Numbered from the stretch's first letter, positions 1-11,005 are shown. The stretch is DNA of 64,000 nucleotides from an uncultured Chthonomonadaceae bacterium (GCA_963817895.1 CAWFQB010000010.1:150877-214876); one strand, 5' to 3'. Notes: generated from the letters alone by a model not told the origin. A program made the numbers and translations.

Positions 1-278
1 TGGATTTGTATCTTGCTGGCCCGCAGGAAATCGGACTGCGCGGCGAACCGTCCGATCCAATCACGCAGGCCATGCTCCGCGCCGCCTTCACGCCCTTCCT
101 GCCCAACAAGGTAATCGGCTTACTGCCAAATACCAACGCCGCCGGAAACAATATTGCGTTCCTCAATGACCGTCCCGCCGTGAATGGTCAGCCGACTGCG
201 TATGTGTGCCAGAAGTTCGCCTGCAAAGCGCCTGTTACGACTACGGAAGCCCTTGTGAGACAGTTACAGGAGGGATAA
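1..278 (+). CDS. C-terminal part of a thioredoxin-domain protein (YyaL/SSP411-like), truncated by the window edge
   Basis: C-terminal motif GQPTAYVCQKFACKAPVTT typical of the family; ORF open at the window start. Confidence 0.75.
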   Translation, partial: DLYLAGPQEIGLRGEPSDPITQAMLRAAFTPFLPNKVIGLLPNTNAAGNNIAFLNDRPAVNGQPTAYVCQKFACKAPVTTTEALVRQLQEG

Positions 279-428
279 TTCACCACCCGCTGCGCTAGAG
301 ACACAGAGGCGCAGAGGAAAAGCCAGTACGAGAAGGAGATACGAGAGGGAACCGCGAAATACACGAAATACACCAAAAATCAAAACGAAATAGACAGGAT
401 TAACAGAGTTTTCAGGATTAACAGGATC
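279..428. repeat. Cluster of short-period tandem repeat elements
   Basis: AGAGACACAGAGGCGCAGAG, CGAAATACACGAAATACAC and CAGGATTAACAGAG...CAGGATTAACAGGAT in succession; related reverse-complement copies near 3125-3150 and 3750-3850. Confidence 0.6.
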
Positions 429-440
429 TTCGTACAAACA

Positions 441-769
441 GTCTTCGTTGATTTGGGCGCGGAAAGGCCACTCGCGGCGGAAAAGAGGGGCGCAAGATTG
501 CCGTTGAGATCAAGGGATACAATCCTTTGTCGCCCATTTACGCCATACAAAGAGCGTTGGGCCAGTATCTTTTTTATCGCTATCTCGTGCAGCAGCGGCA
601 ACCTGAGCGTGTTGTTTGGCTTGCGCTACCGCAGCAGACATTGGAATTGTTTGAGCAGGAACCCGAAATTGGCGACATGATGCAGTATTATGGCGTGTTC
701 AGGCTCATCTATGATGCAGAAGAGGAGACGATTATTCAATGGATCGAACCGAACGCTACCGAATCGTAA
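441..769 (+). pseudogene. xisH: XisH-family protein, 5' truncated and frameshifted
   Basis: VFVDLGAERPLAAEK, frameshift near 485, then RKIAVEIKGY...ALGQYLFYRYLV...IIQWIE; N-terminal ~35 aa and start codon absent; overlaps xisI. Confidence 0.75.
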
Positions 770-1074
770 TCAAGGAACTGCTTCAAGAAGTGGCAGGCTA
801 CGTGCCTTCCACAGACAGCGTTCGCACGGAACTTCTGTTTGACGATGAGCGCGGGCATTATCAACTCTGCGTTGTGGGGTGGGAAGGAAAAAAGCGCGTC
901 CATAATATTATGATGCACTTCGACCTCATAGACGGCAAGATATGGGTTCAGGAGAACGCAACGGATATTGATATTGAACACTACTTTTTTCAGGCAGGTG
1001 TCCTCTTCGAACATATTATGCCGGGATTGGTTTCGCCGGAAGAGCGGCAGTACTCCGGTCTTGCTGCCGCCTGA
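739..1074 (+). CDS. xisI: XisI-family protein
   Basis: MDRTERYR...FDDERGHYQLCVVGW...HFDLIDGKIWVQENATD...PEERQYSGLA; follows xisH. Confidence 0.9.
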   Translation: MDRTERYRIVIKELLQEVAGYVPSTDSVRTELLFDDERGHYQLCVVGWEGKKRVHNIMMHFDLIDGKIWVQENATDIDIEHYFFQAGVLFEHIMPGLVSPEERQYSGLAAA

Positions 1075-1270
1075 CTAGACTAATCGCTTGTACGGCTTCG
1101 TTACAACAAACTGTTCATCCGCAAGCACCTGAAACTTGCCAAACTTCCGCTCCTCCCAGGTAATGAACAATACCGACAGTTCTTTGAACGGTACATGACT
1201 TTGATTCAATTTCAGGGTATCAAATAACGCCCCAATTCTGCCGCAGCGCGAGGCGGAACTTCTTGCAGGC

Positions 1271-1504
1271 ATGGCGCAAACCGCTAAGTATGAGGGACAA
1301 GCCCGCTACCACGACTTGAACGCAGAGTTGGGACACTGCGTCCTGACACCGGGCGAACAAAGCGAACTGCGCGAACTCATCGCCCTCTCCCAAGCGCAAA
1401 CCGCGCAACGACTTTCCCTGTTGCTTGAGTTGTCTCAACTGCGCCGTATTTCGCTTTCCACTCTGATGAAACAACTGCAAATCAAGGCGCCCGGCGTCGT
1501 CTGA
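1271..1504 (+). CDS. Small hypothetical protein (possible antitoxin-like)
   Basis: LTPGEQSELRELI...RLSLLLELSQLRRISLSTLMKQLQI helical pattern; start uncertain. Confidence 0.5.
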   Translation: MAQTAKYEGQARYHDLNAELGHCVLTPGEQSELRELIALSQAQTAQRLSLLLELSQLRRISLSTLMKQLQIKAPGVV

Positions 1505-1580
1505 ATATGTATCGAAGCGGCTCCGCGCGGAGATTGCCCGCCACGCAGGAGGCCGTTGTAAATACTGTCGAAAGAGTATT

Positions 1581-3077
1581 ATGAACGAACGCTTTAGAAG
1601 AATATCGCGGCTTTTGAGTGTTGTTGCGTTTCTTACGCTTGCCAATGCCGTGTACTCGCAGGCACGGACAGAGGAAGGCGCCGAAACCCGCTATCTGGCC
1701 TTTCAAGTGTTCACCGGTTCGCCCGACCCGGCAGTACCCATTGGCGATTCGGGGCTGCTTCCGCTCGGCCCTATCCCTTCGCAAGACGAACTGAGCGCGT
1801 TTGTTCAGGACGTTGTTCACCGGGTTGGCAGGAGTGGCGATAAACATACCCATCTGGCAATCATCTTCGGCCCGCTGTCGTTTGACCATTCTGATACGGA
1901 GGCGCGACACCTCGTCGCGTCGGCCTTTGCTATCGCTTTGAAACAGAACGTCGCCATCGGGTTTCATCTGGACGATTCGATGTTCTGGGCGCGGCGCGCC
2001 GACCTGTTGCGCAGCCCGGATAATGTAGAATGGCTGGACTGGAACGGAACGCCATCAACCGGGCGGCGCATTGAGTGGGGGCCGCAGCCCAAAAAGATTC
2101 CGCCACAGATGTGTTTCAACAGCAAATCAGTTCAGGCCGAAGTACGGCGACGCGCCACTGAAGTCATCGGCAAAGCCATCAAAGTGGGTGTAGACCAACT
2201 CCGGCAACAGAGAAAAGAAGACCTTTTCGTGGGCGTGATTGCGGGATGGGAAACGCAAATTGGGCAGGACTTCGACACGGGGCGCTATTTGGGCTACCAT
2301 GCGCTTACCAATCGCGGTTTCAGCAAGAATCATCTGCCTCCCGATATGGATAAAGAGCGCGAAAAGATCGTGCAGGAGTTTATTAACGTCTGGTGCAAAG
2401 GGCTTGCGGACGCGGGGATTCCAACCGACAAAATATACTCGCACACCGCTTTTTTGTCGCGCCGGTTATTCGAGGGACAGCCTGCGCAGACCGTTTCTTA
2501 CTCGGAACACAACCATTTCGCGTCGCCGTCCATCGCTTTTGGGCCGTCGCATCGTCCCGGCTTCAGCACGTATCCGCAGCCCGGACTTTTCGAGCAAATC
2601 TATGCGGAAACCGCGCAGCGCGGTCAGACCGGGTGGGCCTCCAGTGAAGGCACGAACTTGCAGCTCGGCAGCGGGCCGGGGCAGTCGGGCATGAACATGG
2701 AAACCTATCTGGCGAAGATGTTCAATCATGGGGCTACGCTGGTAAATATTTTCTCGTGGGGCGTTGGCGGCGAAGCGAACAGGAAAATAGACTTTCGCGT
2801 GGTGACGGAGGGGGAAGAAGCCCTGAACGCCTATCGGAAGTTTTTGCAGGGCGAACGGCTTGTGGAAACCGTGTCCACCTCAACCTCCTATCTGGAGCGG
2901 CTTCCCGCCAAAATCCATCGTATACAGCAGGAGTTGCCCGCATGGATTCAGAAAACCGGGAAGCAGGCGCAGGCCGAACCGTTGATGCGCAAATTGGAGG
3001 CCGCGCTGAAAGCCAACAACTTTACGGAAGCGGAACAGACTGCCGATAGTCTCTTGAAACTGCTGGCCTCCCCATAA
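1581..3077 (+). CDS. Secreted protein, possibly glycoside-hydrolase TIM-barrel fold
   Basis: Signal peptide (LANAVYSQA); VIAGWET and WASSEG acidic motifs resemble clan-A GH catalytic positions (inference). Confidence 0.6.
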   Translation: MNERFRRISRLLSVVAFLTLANAVYSQARTEEGAETRYLAFQVFTGSPDPAVPIGDSGLLPLGPIPSQDELSAFVQDVVHRVGRSGDKHTHLAIIFGPLSFDHSDTEARHLVASAFAIALKQNVAIGFHLDDSMFWARRADLLRSPDNVEWLDWNGTPSTGRRIEWGPQPKKIPPQMCFNSKSVQAEVRRRATEVIGKAIKVGVDQLRQQRKEDLFVGVIAGWETQIGQDFDTGRYLGYHALTNRGFSKNHLPPDMDKEREKIVQEFINVWCKGLADAGIPTDKIYSHTAFLSRRLFEGQPAQTVSYSEHNHFASPSIAFGPSHRPGFSTYPQPGLFEQIYAETAQRGQTGWASSEGTNLQLGSGPGQSGMNMETYLAKMFNHGATLVNIFSWGVGGEANRKIDFRVVTEGEEALNAYRKFLQGERLVETVSTSTSYLERLPAKIHRIQQELPAWIQKTGKQAQAEPLMRKLEAALKANNFTEAEQTADSLLKLLASP

Positions 3078-3155
3078 ATTTTCATCACAACGCGCCCTGT
3101 TTGTTCTTTTTTGTATTCTGTTCTTTTTTCGTTTATTTCGCGTGTTTGGCGATTT

Positions 3156-3737
3156 CTACTCTCTTCTCCTCTCTATTCCGGCAAGCAGTTCATTGCGGTG
3201 GGCGGCGAACTCTTCCTCTGACAGCGCAGGCGTCAAGTTGTGAAGAGGAAGCGGGCGGTCGAGTGTAACCCATGATTTACAGCCGACATATGCGGCCTGC
3301 ATATCCAGCGTGACGGGGTTGGGCAGGTTGTAAACGCGCAGGATGAGCAGGTACAGCGGGTCGTAGGGATTAAAGTCGAAGCGCTGCTTTACGTAAGCGG
3401 CGTTCCAGATGTGGCTGTCGGCAAGCGCATTTACCTGCGCATCATCCCGCGCCTGTAAAATGGTGTCCACAATGGCGTACGCGGAAATCGTGACTCTGTC
3501 CGAGTCGCTCGGCTCGGCTTGCAGGGCGTGAAGGCGCGACACCCATTCCGGTTGTAATAGCGCGGCGTCCTGATGCTCATACGTGGGCATCAGGAAGAAC
3601 TCGCGGTCTGTAATGGTAAAGTTTCCCTCTTCCTCGCGTATCCCGCCCTTGCGAATCAGCAGGATTTGCTTTCCGCACTGCAACGCCTCACAGGAAACCG
3701 CCCACTCCTTAAACGCCCGGTCACATTCTGCTTTCAT
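3156..3737 (-). CDS. DUF1802 family protein
   Basis: AFKEWAVSCEALQCGKQILLIRKGGIREE, FFLMPTYEHQ, YVGCKSWV. Confidence 0.9.
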   Translation of the reverse strand: MKAECDRAFKEWAVSCEALQCGKQILLIRKGGIREEEGNFTITDREFFLMPTYEHQDAALLQPEWVSRLHALQAEPSDSDRVTISAYAIVDTILQARDDAQVNALADSHIWNAAYVKQRFDFNPYDPLYLLILRVYNLPNPVTLDMQAAYVGCKSWVTLDRPLPLHNLTPALSEEEFAAHRNELLAGIERRRE

Positions 3738-3866
3738 TGAGATTGCTCTCCCTTTCTCGTCTTTTCTCGTTTATTTCGCGTGTAATGCGGTACTCTCTCC
3801 TCAATTTCCTCTTCTTTTCTCTGTGAAGTCTCTGTGTCTCTGTGGTGAACCGTATTTTCGTTTTTG

Positions 3867-5555
3867 CTAATCGGCGGATTCGCAGCCGTGCCGGAGTACG
3901 TTCAACGCGCTTTTGGCTTGCGGGGCGATGACGGCGGTGACGCGGGTATGGGGTTCCAATCGGGTGTCGGCAATCGGAACCCATTCGCGGCTGCCCTCCC
4001 GGCAACTGATAAGGATGCAGCCGGGGGGCAAGCCGAGTTCGCGCACCAGTTTGCCCGCGAACGGCGCGTTCGGCTCCACTTCCAGTTCCAGCACGAGGGG
4101 TTCTTTGGGATCGGGAAGCGGGCCGCCGCGCAATAGATCGCGTTCCAGCAGGTTCTCGTAAATGGGCAGTTCGCCCAACCCTTCGGCAACCGCATACGCG
4201 CCGAAACACGCCACGAGCAGGGGCAGCATCTGCGCGTAATTGCCGGTCATTTCAATAATCAGCACGATGCCGGTCAGCGGGGCGCGAACAATGGCGGTGA
4301 AGTACGCGGCCATGCCCACGACGGCGAAAATGGCGGGATTGGGAACCAGATGCGGGAACAACTGCCCCGTCACTTTGCCGATTCCTAATCCTATCAGCGC
4401 GCCAAGCACGAGCAGGGGCGCGAAAATGCCGCCCGGAGCGCCTGTGCCGTAACTCGCCATTGAAAGGACGAAGCGCAGCCCGAACCAGAGCGGTATGGCC
4501 CATAATGCGGCGTTGCCATCCAGAAACATTTCCGCAAGTCCGTGTCCACCCCCAACACTCAGGGGTGAAAACCACGCGACTAATCCCACCAGCCCGCCCG
4601 CGACAATGGCGGGAAGCAGGCGCAGGCGTTCCGGCAGGCGGGCGACAAGATTGAGCGTGGCGATAAGCGAACGGTTGTACAACACGCCGAGCAGTCCGCA
4701 CGCAATGCCGAGCAGGGCGAAAGCGGGCAGTACGCTCAGGTCGGGAACCGGATAACTCGGAACACGGAACACGGGAACCTGCCCGGACGCGAAACGCGCC
4801 ACAATGTCCCCGGTTGCCGCCGCGACAAAAGCCGCGCCGAAAACCGCCTGCCGAAAATCTTTTTGCACCTCTTCCAGCACGAAGATCAGGCCGGCAAGCG
4901 GCGCGTTGAACGCGGCGGCTAACCCGGCTCCCGCGCCCGCCGCCATCAGCGTCAGGCGGTCACGCTGCCCGACATTCAGCCAACTCGCCACTGCCGCGCC
5001 CACCGCGCCGCCCATCTGCACGGTCGGCCCCTCCCGTCCCAACGCCAGTCCGCTCCCCAGCGCCAACGCGCCGCCGAAGAACTTTACGGGCAGAACGCGC
5101 TTCCAATTCAGTTCACGCAAACGGTGCAGCACGGCCTCTAAATGCGGGATGCCGCTGCCGGACGCTTCCGGCGCGTAACGGCGAACAAGGTAAACCGAAG
5201 CCGTCGCGCCCGCCATGCCGAACAAAACGGGAAATATCCAGCCAAACACGGGCCAGTGATGGGCGCGGACAAGCAGCAGGTTACGCAGGTTGTCCCCGCC
5301 GGTTAAAATCGCCCGGAACGCAACCGCCAGCAGTCCCGCCAGCAATCCCACAAGCGCGGCGCGGGGGAACAGGCGGCGGCGCTGCTGCTGAAAACTCAGA
5401 TAGTCCTGTATTTCGGAGCGTACCTGCGCGGAGGACGCTTCTACTTCCGCCACCGTTGCTTTTCCTTCAGTTGTGGCAGTATTCACGTCTCGCGCGGCAG
5501 TGGAAGCGTTTTCCGCAACCGTTTCTATGGATTCGTCGGCGTGTTCTGGTTTCAC
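3867..5555 (-). CDS. clcA: ClC H+/Cl- exchange transporter with C-terminal TrkA-C domain
   Basis: GSGIP, GREGP, AAFNAPLAG, GGIFAP and PIYE signature motifs; C-terminal PFAGKLVRELGLPPGCILI. Confidence 0.9.
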   Translation of the reverse strand: MKPEHADESIETVAENASTAARDVNTATTEGKATVAEVEASSAQVRSEIQDYLSFQQQRRRLFPRAALVGLLAGLLAVAFRAILTGGDNLRNLLLVRAHHWPVFGWIFPVLFGMAGATASVYLVRRYAPEASGSGIPHLEAVLHRLRELNWKRVLPVKFFGGALALGSGLALGREGPTVQMGGAVGAAVASWLNVGQRDRLTLMAAGAGAGLAAAFNAPLAGLIFVLEEVQKDFRQAVFGAAFVAAATGDIVARFASGQVPVFRVPSYPVPDLSVLPAFALLGIACGLLGVLYNRSLIATLNLVARLPERLRLLPAIVAGGLVGLVAWFSPLSVGGGHGLAEMFLDGNAALWAIPLWFGLRFVLSMASYGTGAPGGIFAPLLVLGALIGLGIGKVTGQLFPHLVPNPAIFAVVGMAAYFTAIVRAPLTGIVLIIEMTGNYAQMLPLLVACFGAYAVAEGLGELPIYENLLERDLLRGGPLPDPKEPLVLELEVEPNAPFAGKLVRELGLPPGCILISCREGSREWVPIADTRLEPHTRVTAVIAPQAKSALNVLRHGCESAD

Positions 5556-6950
5556 GAGGCTGCGCTCCTGCCGGATTGCGCGTGATCGGAGCCGTCAGGA
5601 GAGCGCGAAAGGCCATTGCCGGAAGCGGCGGAGGCAAGACTTGCAAGGGCTTCGGGCATGTTCTGGATAATCACGGTTTGAATATCGGTGGGCATGGAGA
5701 TATGTTCGTGGTCGAAGGCGTCCTTCACGCGCCGCATACACCGGCTGCCGACGCGCATGTAATCAGCTCGCTGCGAACTGGCATAAAAGCGGATGCGCAG
5801 ATTGACCGTTGAGGCGGCGAGTTCATCAATCAGCACATCGGGCGGCGGGTCTTCCGCCACGCCATCGGTGCCGCGAACGGTTTCCAGCGCCACTTCCTGC
5901 GCCCGGTCAATGTCGTCCTCATAGCCGATGCCGATAATAAATTCGCGCCGCCGGTGCGGACTGGCCGTGTTCGATGTGACAATGGACGTAAATACGTCGC
6001 CGTTAGGGATAATTACGAGCCGGTTGTCATAGGTGCGCAGGTACAGGGCGCGGAGTTCGATACGCTCTACCGTGCCTTCAAACTCCTTGACGACAATCTG
6101 ATCCCCGATGTGGAACTGCCGCCCCATCAGCAGCATAAAGCCCGCGAAGAAATGCGACAGTATATCCTTGAAGGCGAAGCCAAGCACAAAGCCGGAAATT
6201 CCCAGCGTGGTGGCGATGCTACCGCTATCCAGTCCGATTGTGGACAAAATGGCGAGCGCCCCCACTGTCCACGTTCCGTAAAACGTGAGCGCGATAAATA
6301 ATTGTCGCAGATTGGCGTCGAAGCGGGCGTGGGAGATCAGGAACTTCGCGATTTTTCTATTGATGCGGGCCAGCCCCCAGAAGATAAAGGTGAGGACTAT
6401 AGCCCCGGCGAAGTGCGGAATCCAGCGCAGCACAGACGCCAACAGGTCGGAAAACGAGTTGCGAATGAGTATGCCCGCGCCCGTCACCGGGTTACTGTGC
6501 GCGGTGCGCAGCGTCAATCACGGCCCGCGCCATTTTCTCGCCCCATTTTTGCGCCAACGCCTGCCGGGTGGTCAGCGCGTCCTGCGCGTCCGCGTCCGTA
6601 ATGGTCATTACGGTGTCGCCGCCGATCTGAACGATTGTCTGATTGTCCTTCTCCTGCAAATCCTGCGGCGAAAACGGCGGCACGTCGTTGGTGCGCAAAA
6701 TCAGGTTGACCAGACGGCGGTGTATTTTGTCGGCGCGTTCGGCAGCCGTCAGGCCACTCCCGGCAAGCACATCGAACAGTTTACGATTGTCCAGTTTTAC
6801 AGAGGCGTAGGCTCCCGCAGGCGCGGCAGGCGCGCTGCTGTCCGGGGCTGTGCCTCCCGGCGTCTGCGCCCGGATAATTACGGGAAGAAGTAATCCAAAC
6901 ACAACAAGCGCAAACAGGGTGACAAGGGTAAGGCGTCGAACCAATTTCAT
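5552..6950 (-). CDS. MscS-family mechanosensitive channel with N-terminal periplasmic domain (ORFs 6492-6950 and 5552-6517, probably one frameshifted gene)
   Basis: LGFAFKDILSHFFAG, GTVERIELRALYLRTYDNRLVIIPNG, IGIGYEDD; upstream ORF has a signal peptide and overlaps by 26 nt. Confidence 0.8.
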
Positions 6951-6974
6951 ACGATTTCCTTTTGAATACAGCGT

Positions 6975-7026
6975 AAAGGAGTGTTCCTGTCGTAAATACG
7001 TCAGGAACACTCCTAATGTTGTCTGT
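6975..7026. repeat. Hairpin, duplicate of 9274-9325
   Basis: AGGAGTGTTCCTG...CAGGAACACTCCT; 46/52 identical to the second copy by manual alignment. Confidence 0.85.
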
Positions 7027-7052
7027 CTGCTCATGCCTGCCATCATACATGC

Positions 7053-7114
7053 TCACGAGTCAGTCTGGCGCGTTTGTCGGGGCGCGTAATTTCCAGAGAA
7101 CAATCGTAATCTAC
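7053..7114 (-). pseudogene. Degenerate duplicate fragment of coding region 9675-9736
   Basis: 52/62 nt identity by manual alignment; translates LEITRPDKRARLTRE versus LEITRPDKRAGLTRE. Confidence 0.8.
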
Positions 7115-7131
7115 CAGAACGCAACGGGGCT

Positions 7132-9018
7132 TTATTGTGCCCCGGTGGTTGTGGCCGGTTTCTGAGTGATAGGTGTCGTAATTGCCAGGTGTAGATCAGA
7201 ACTGTCTACTATACCTATTGCCGTCTTTCGTGGCCGTAGTCCCAACAACATCTGTCGCTCGTGACGATCCTTATAGACATGCAGCAGAGGCTGTAAATAC
7301 AGGGTCTGTTGCTCCTGGTCGCCTGTCAGAGTGTTGAAGTTCAACTCTCCCTTCAGTAAGGTCGTCCGTTGGTCGGCATTCAAGCTTGCATAGAACAGCA
7401 TCAGGCGATAGTGTAACACTAAAATTTCTATCTGTTGTCTGAAAGGGGCATACGGGGTTCGTGCCTGCGGAGCATCAGAAGGTATGTGCCTTATATCCAT
7501 CCCCCAGGCATACTGTTCCCTGTTCTCCGGTGGAAGAGTGACATAAGCAAGCCCATTGAAAATCTGCCAGGGCGTGAGCGTACTCACGACTTCCGCCTGC
7601 CAGTCCAGCATACTTCGCGTCAGCGCTGCCTTTGCCTCCGGGGAAACGGGCGATTTGCTGGCCGATGCCTTTGCCCATTCTCGAACGTTTTGAACCAGCC
7701 ACCGGCGCAACAGGGGAGCGGGAACCTCCAATCCGTCGTCCCGGTACCAGCGATTGTCGCGGCACAGGTAGATGTCGCCCGACTGCTTCCAACTTAGGTC
7801 CAGTTCCGCAGCGCACAGATTTAGTTCTTCCTTGAGGCCCATTCTCAATTGGGCAGGCATTGTCGTGGGATGCGTTCCCCCCATCAAAGAGTAATAATCT
7901 GCGACAAACTCCAGGTGTGCCAGGTCTGCCAGCCACTCCAGCGCCTCCGCGCGATTTTGGTAAGACAGGTGGGTTTTGGAGGGCAAATCATTGGGCCAGA
8001 CGCGACTCTCCTGATAAGCGGCGAGTTCTTTCCAGACGGAAGGAGCATTGCGCCCCATCTGTTTGACCCTTCTGGGCAAAGCCTCATGATCAATGCGAAA
8101 AGCAGGCTTTTCGGCATCGAAGTTTACGTCAATGTGGAAGCCGGCGGGCAGCAAGTCGCCATTGAGATTTACCACATCCGCCGAGATGATGCTTCCGACG
8201 TTCTCAAAAAGAACATAACTATTGTCCAGCGTATCGGTTTGGGAATTGTAAAGGCGCAATCGGGCCGATAACTGCTCCTGAGCCTGGGGAGGCAGGGCGT
8301 TTAAGGGAACGATTACGGCACCCTCATCCATGCCATTCTGCCAGATGTGGCCTCTTTCCTGATAGTAAGGCGTCTGATTAAGGCTGTACGCGATCTTCTC
8401 CTGGAGGGGAGCGGACAGCAGATTGAAAAATGTAGGGCCGGCGAGGAGCTGCTGTTTGAACCCCTCGTGGTTGCCGTCGGCGGAAGTCACCTCTCCTTTG
8501 ATCTCCGGCCGCGCCTGCATCGTTTGCAATGCCCGCCGGGGTATCTCCTCCCATAGCCGCTGTCGCTCTCCCAAAAAGAGATTCCACCAGCGCTGACGAC
8601 GGCTCACTGCGGACTGGCTCATCCTCAGAATATAACCTTTGCCGTCAGGGGCGTGATACCAGGCGCCCGGAACCAGTTGAGCCAGTGAGTTCATAAGTTG
8701 ACGCACAGGACGATTGAGTAGATTCAGATGAAGTTTGAGAGTGTCACAGTTCCGATCCGCTGCAAGGGCAAGGTCATCGTGGTTTACTTTGATCAGGAGC
8801 GAGTTCAGCGGAATACCGATCTCATGCAGGCTGATTTGGCGATCCAGACGGGTATCGGCAGCAAGATCAGCGGGGCGGGTATCATCTTTGCCATTCATAG
8901 ACGTGATGCTGTGAGATGCAGGAGCCTTCTGCGCGTGTGCTGGATTACAAAGACAGAGGCAGCAACCGAAATTCAGCCCCAACAAGAGATACGCAAGCGG
9001 ATTTCTGAGCAGTGCCAT
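7132..9018 (-). CDS. Secreted hypothetical protein (628 aa)
   Basis: Signal peptide ending NPAHA; long uninterrupted ORF; RBS GGAG upstream. Confidence 0.75.
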   Translation of the reverse strand: MALLRNPLAYLLLGLNFGCCLCLCNPAHAQKAPASHSITSMNGKDDTRPADLAADTRLDRQISLHEIGIPLNSLLIKVNHDDLALAADRNCDTLKLHLNLLNRPVRQLMNSLAQLVPGAWYHAPDGKGYILRMSQSAVSRRQRWWNLFLGERQRLWEEIPRRALQTMQARPEIKGEVTSADGNHEGFKQQLLAGPTFFNLLSAPLQEKIAYSLNQTPYYQERGHIWQNGMDEGAVIVPLNALPPQAQEQLSARLRLYNSQTDTLDNSYVLFENVGSIISADVVNLNGDLLPAGFHIDVNFDAEKPAFRIDHEALPRRVKQMGRNAPSVWKELAAYQESRVWPNDLPSKTHLSYQNRAEALEWLADLAHLEFVADYYSLMGGTHPTTMPAQLRMGLKEELNLCAAELDLSWKQSGDIYLCRDNRWYRDDGLEVPAPLLRRWLVQNVREWAKASASKSPVSPEAKAALTRSMLDWQAEVVSTLTPWQIFNGLAYVTLPPENREQYAWGMDIRHIPSDAPQARTPYAPFRQQIEILVLHYRLMLFYASLNADQRTTLLKGELNFNTLTGDQEQQTLYLQPLLHVYKDRHERQMLLGLRPRKTAIGIVDSSDLHLAITTPITQKPATTTGAQ

Positions 9019-9273
9019 GAATCATCTCCATACGAAAGGGTTCAAGGAGTTTTCCACCAGAGGAGGTAACGTACTGAACGCCTTGCAGTTGCTGGCGCTC
9101 AGTACGTCAGGGAACGTAATTCGCATGATCATCAGATAGAAACTTATTTATCTTCTACTTCATTAGTGGTGTGAGAGGGGAAAGTGTAACAGAGCAGGAG
9201 AAACTTTTTTCGCGCCGCATCAGGCGCAAGGGAAACATTGACAGGCGAAACGGATACTCTTCAATCAGAGTGC

Positions 9274-9325
9274 AAAGGAGCGTTCCTGTCATGAATATGT
9301 CAGGAACGCTCCTTATGTTGTCTGT
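9274..9325. terminator. Hairpin downstream of the ECF/anti-sigma operon
   Basis: AAGGAGCGTTCCTG...CAGGAACGCTCCTT inverted repeat ~50 nt after the stop at 9368. Confidence 0.55.
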
Positions 9326-9367
9326 TTGTCAGGCGTATTTGGCGTGACAGAAACTGATGGGCAGTGT

Positions 9368-10971
9368 TCAGGGAGTAGAGGAAGCGCCGTTGTGGAGCAG
9401 TCCGAATTGGGACACTTTCCAGCCTGCCGGACGCTTCACGAGATAGAATCTGGCTGCGGTTTTATACTCCTGTCCATCTGCCAGACCCGCGCTCATCCAG
9501 GCGAGAACATTCAATCCGGGCAGCGTATGATCCAGGTTCCACTCGCCCACATTGAGCGGAACCTCATCCAGCAGGCGCGGCGCGGATTCAAACGCGAAGT
9601 CTGTATTGAACACCAGATAGGACCAGTTGGGCTGACTCTGCATACGCTTCAGCCACACGCGCTGCCATACGTCTTCACGAGTCAGTCCGGCGCGTTTGTC
9701 CGGGCGCGTGATCTCCAGGGGATAATCCAAATCCACTGTGTTTCGCAGCAGGACGGCATCGTGATGCTTCCACGCCGTGGTGAATGTCCACACAACTCCC
9801 TCAATTTCAGCCTTCTCCTGCTTTGTCATTGTGAGCCATACAGGCTTTATCAGGCGTTCCGGCGGAACAGTTGTCACTTTACCAGGCAGTTTATACGCCA
9901 GCGCGATAGGCCGACCGGGGGGCAAATCCGGCGCGGCTAATTGCGGAAGGGGTTCTGCGGGATAGTCTACAAACATATCCTCGTACAGAAGGCCATCAGG
10001 CGAATTACGTAGCTGTTCCAGAGCGCGTTGCAATCGTCCCTCAGAGTTCGAACCACAGCGTCAGCGCGTCCGGCGCCTCTCTGCTATCGCCGGGGCCATC
10101 GGATCGCCTCAAACCTGCCTTCAAATCACCGAGGGATACTTTGTACTGGAACGGATTATTGATTGTGTTGTGTCCGAGTTGTACCTGGGCCTGCGCCTGG
10201 GCTGTTTTGCCACGCTCTGCAATTTGCTGACACCAGGGGCCATACCGGTAGGCCGGGTACTGAAGTGGATTGTTTGCCGGCTGCGCCGGGTCGGATGGAC
10301 TCCAGTCCAGTTGAATGGGTTTGTTCGAGCGGCCTTCAGCCTCCCATTGCAGCGTCACGCCGCCCGGAGTGCCATACCCGTAACTTAATATGGATTCTGA
10401 GGCATTCCCACTATCGTTGCCCGACGCTGCCGCCTTTTGTTGCGAAGTATGAGAGTAGTAGTAGCCTTTGCGCCACCATGTGTTGAAAAACCGGGTACCC
10501 ACCCCCCCCCTTCGCGTCTCGGAAATGCCGTATCTCGTTGACATGGATCGAATTCTCATTGCTGTATCGGGACACACTGGACGCGGCGCTCAGCAAGGCT
10601 CTCTCCTGTGAGTTGTAGGGGAAGAATTTGTGGCGTATGGTATTGGCGACACACAGGGTTCCCACGATGCAGACCGCCAGCCGGGGCAACAGCCAGGCGC
10701 GTGTCAGACGATGTTTTCTTCCGCCCCATAAAGAGGATTTGTCTGGCTGCGTGACAAGCCGCTCCTGAAACGCAGGGTACAAATCCGGCAAAGGCATTTG
10801 CGGCGCGGCGGCATCCTTTTGCAGCAGGGAAACGGCGCGTAACAGAGTTTCCTGCTCATTAGCGCAGACAGGGCAGGTATCCAGGTGAGAGCGTACCTGA
10901 CTACCCACCGCCTCGGAAAGTTCGCCTTCCAGCAGGGGCGAAAGCAGATTGGAAACATGCTTGCACTTCAT
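9368..10971 (-). CDS. zf-HC2 anti-sigma factor with TM helix and large extracytoplasmic domain; split into three ORFs by frameshifts near 10505 and 10040
   Basis: MKCKHVSNLLSPLLEGEL...HLDTCPVC (HxxxCxxC), TM LAVCIVGTLCVA; joining of ORFs 10041-10577 and 9368-10033 is inferred. Confidence 0.65.
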
Positions 10972-11005
10972 TTTTCGTTCTCCCATAGCGGTTTGAGCAA
11001 ATCTT

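Noticed and set aside
9070..9106. Hairpin CGTACTGAACGCC/GGCGCTCAGTACG as a riboswitch
   Set aside because: Single stem with no recognisable aptamer or U-tract
10502..10510. C9/G9 tract in the anti-sigma gene as a phase-variation switch
   Set aside because: Cannot be distinguished from homopolymer error without reads
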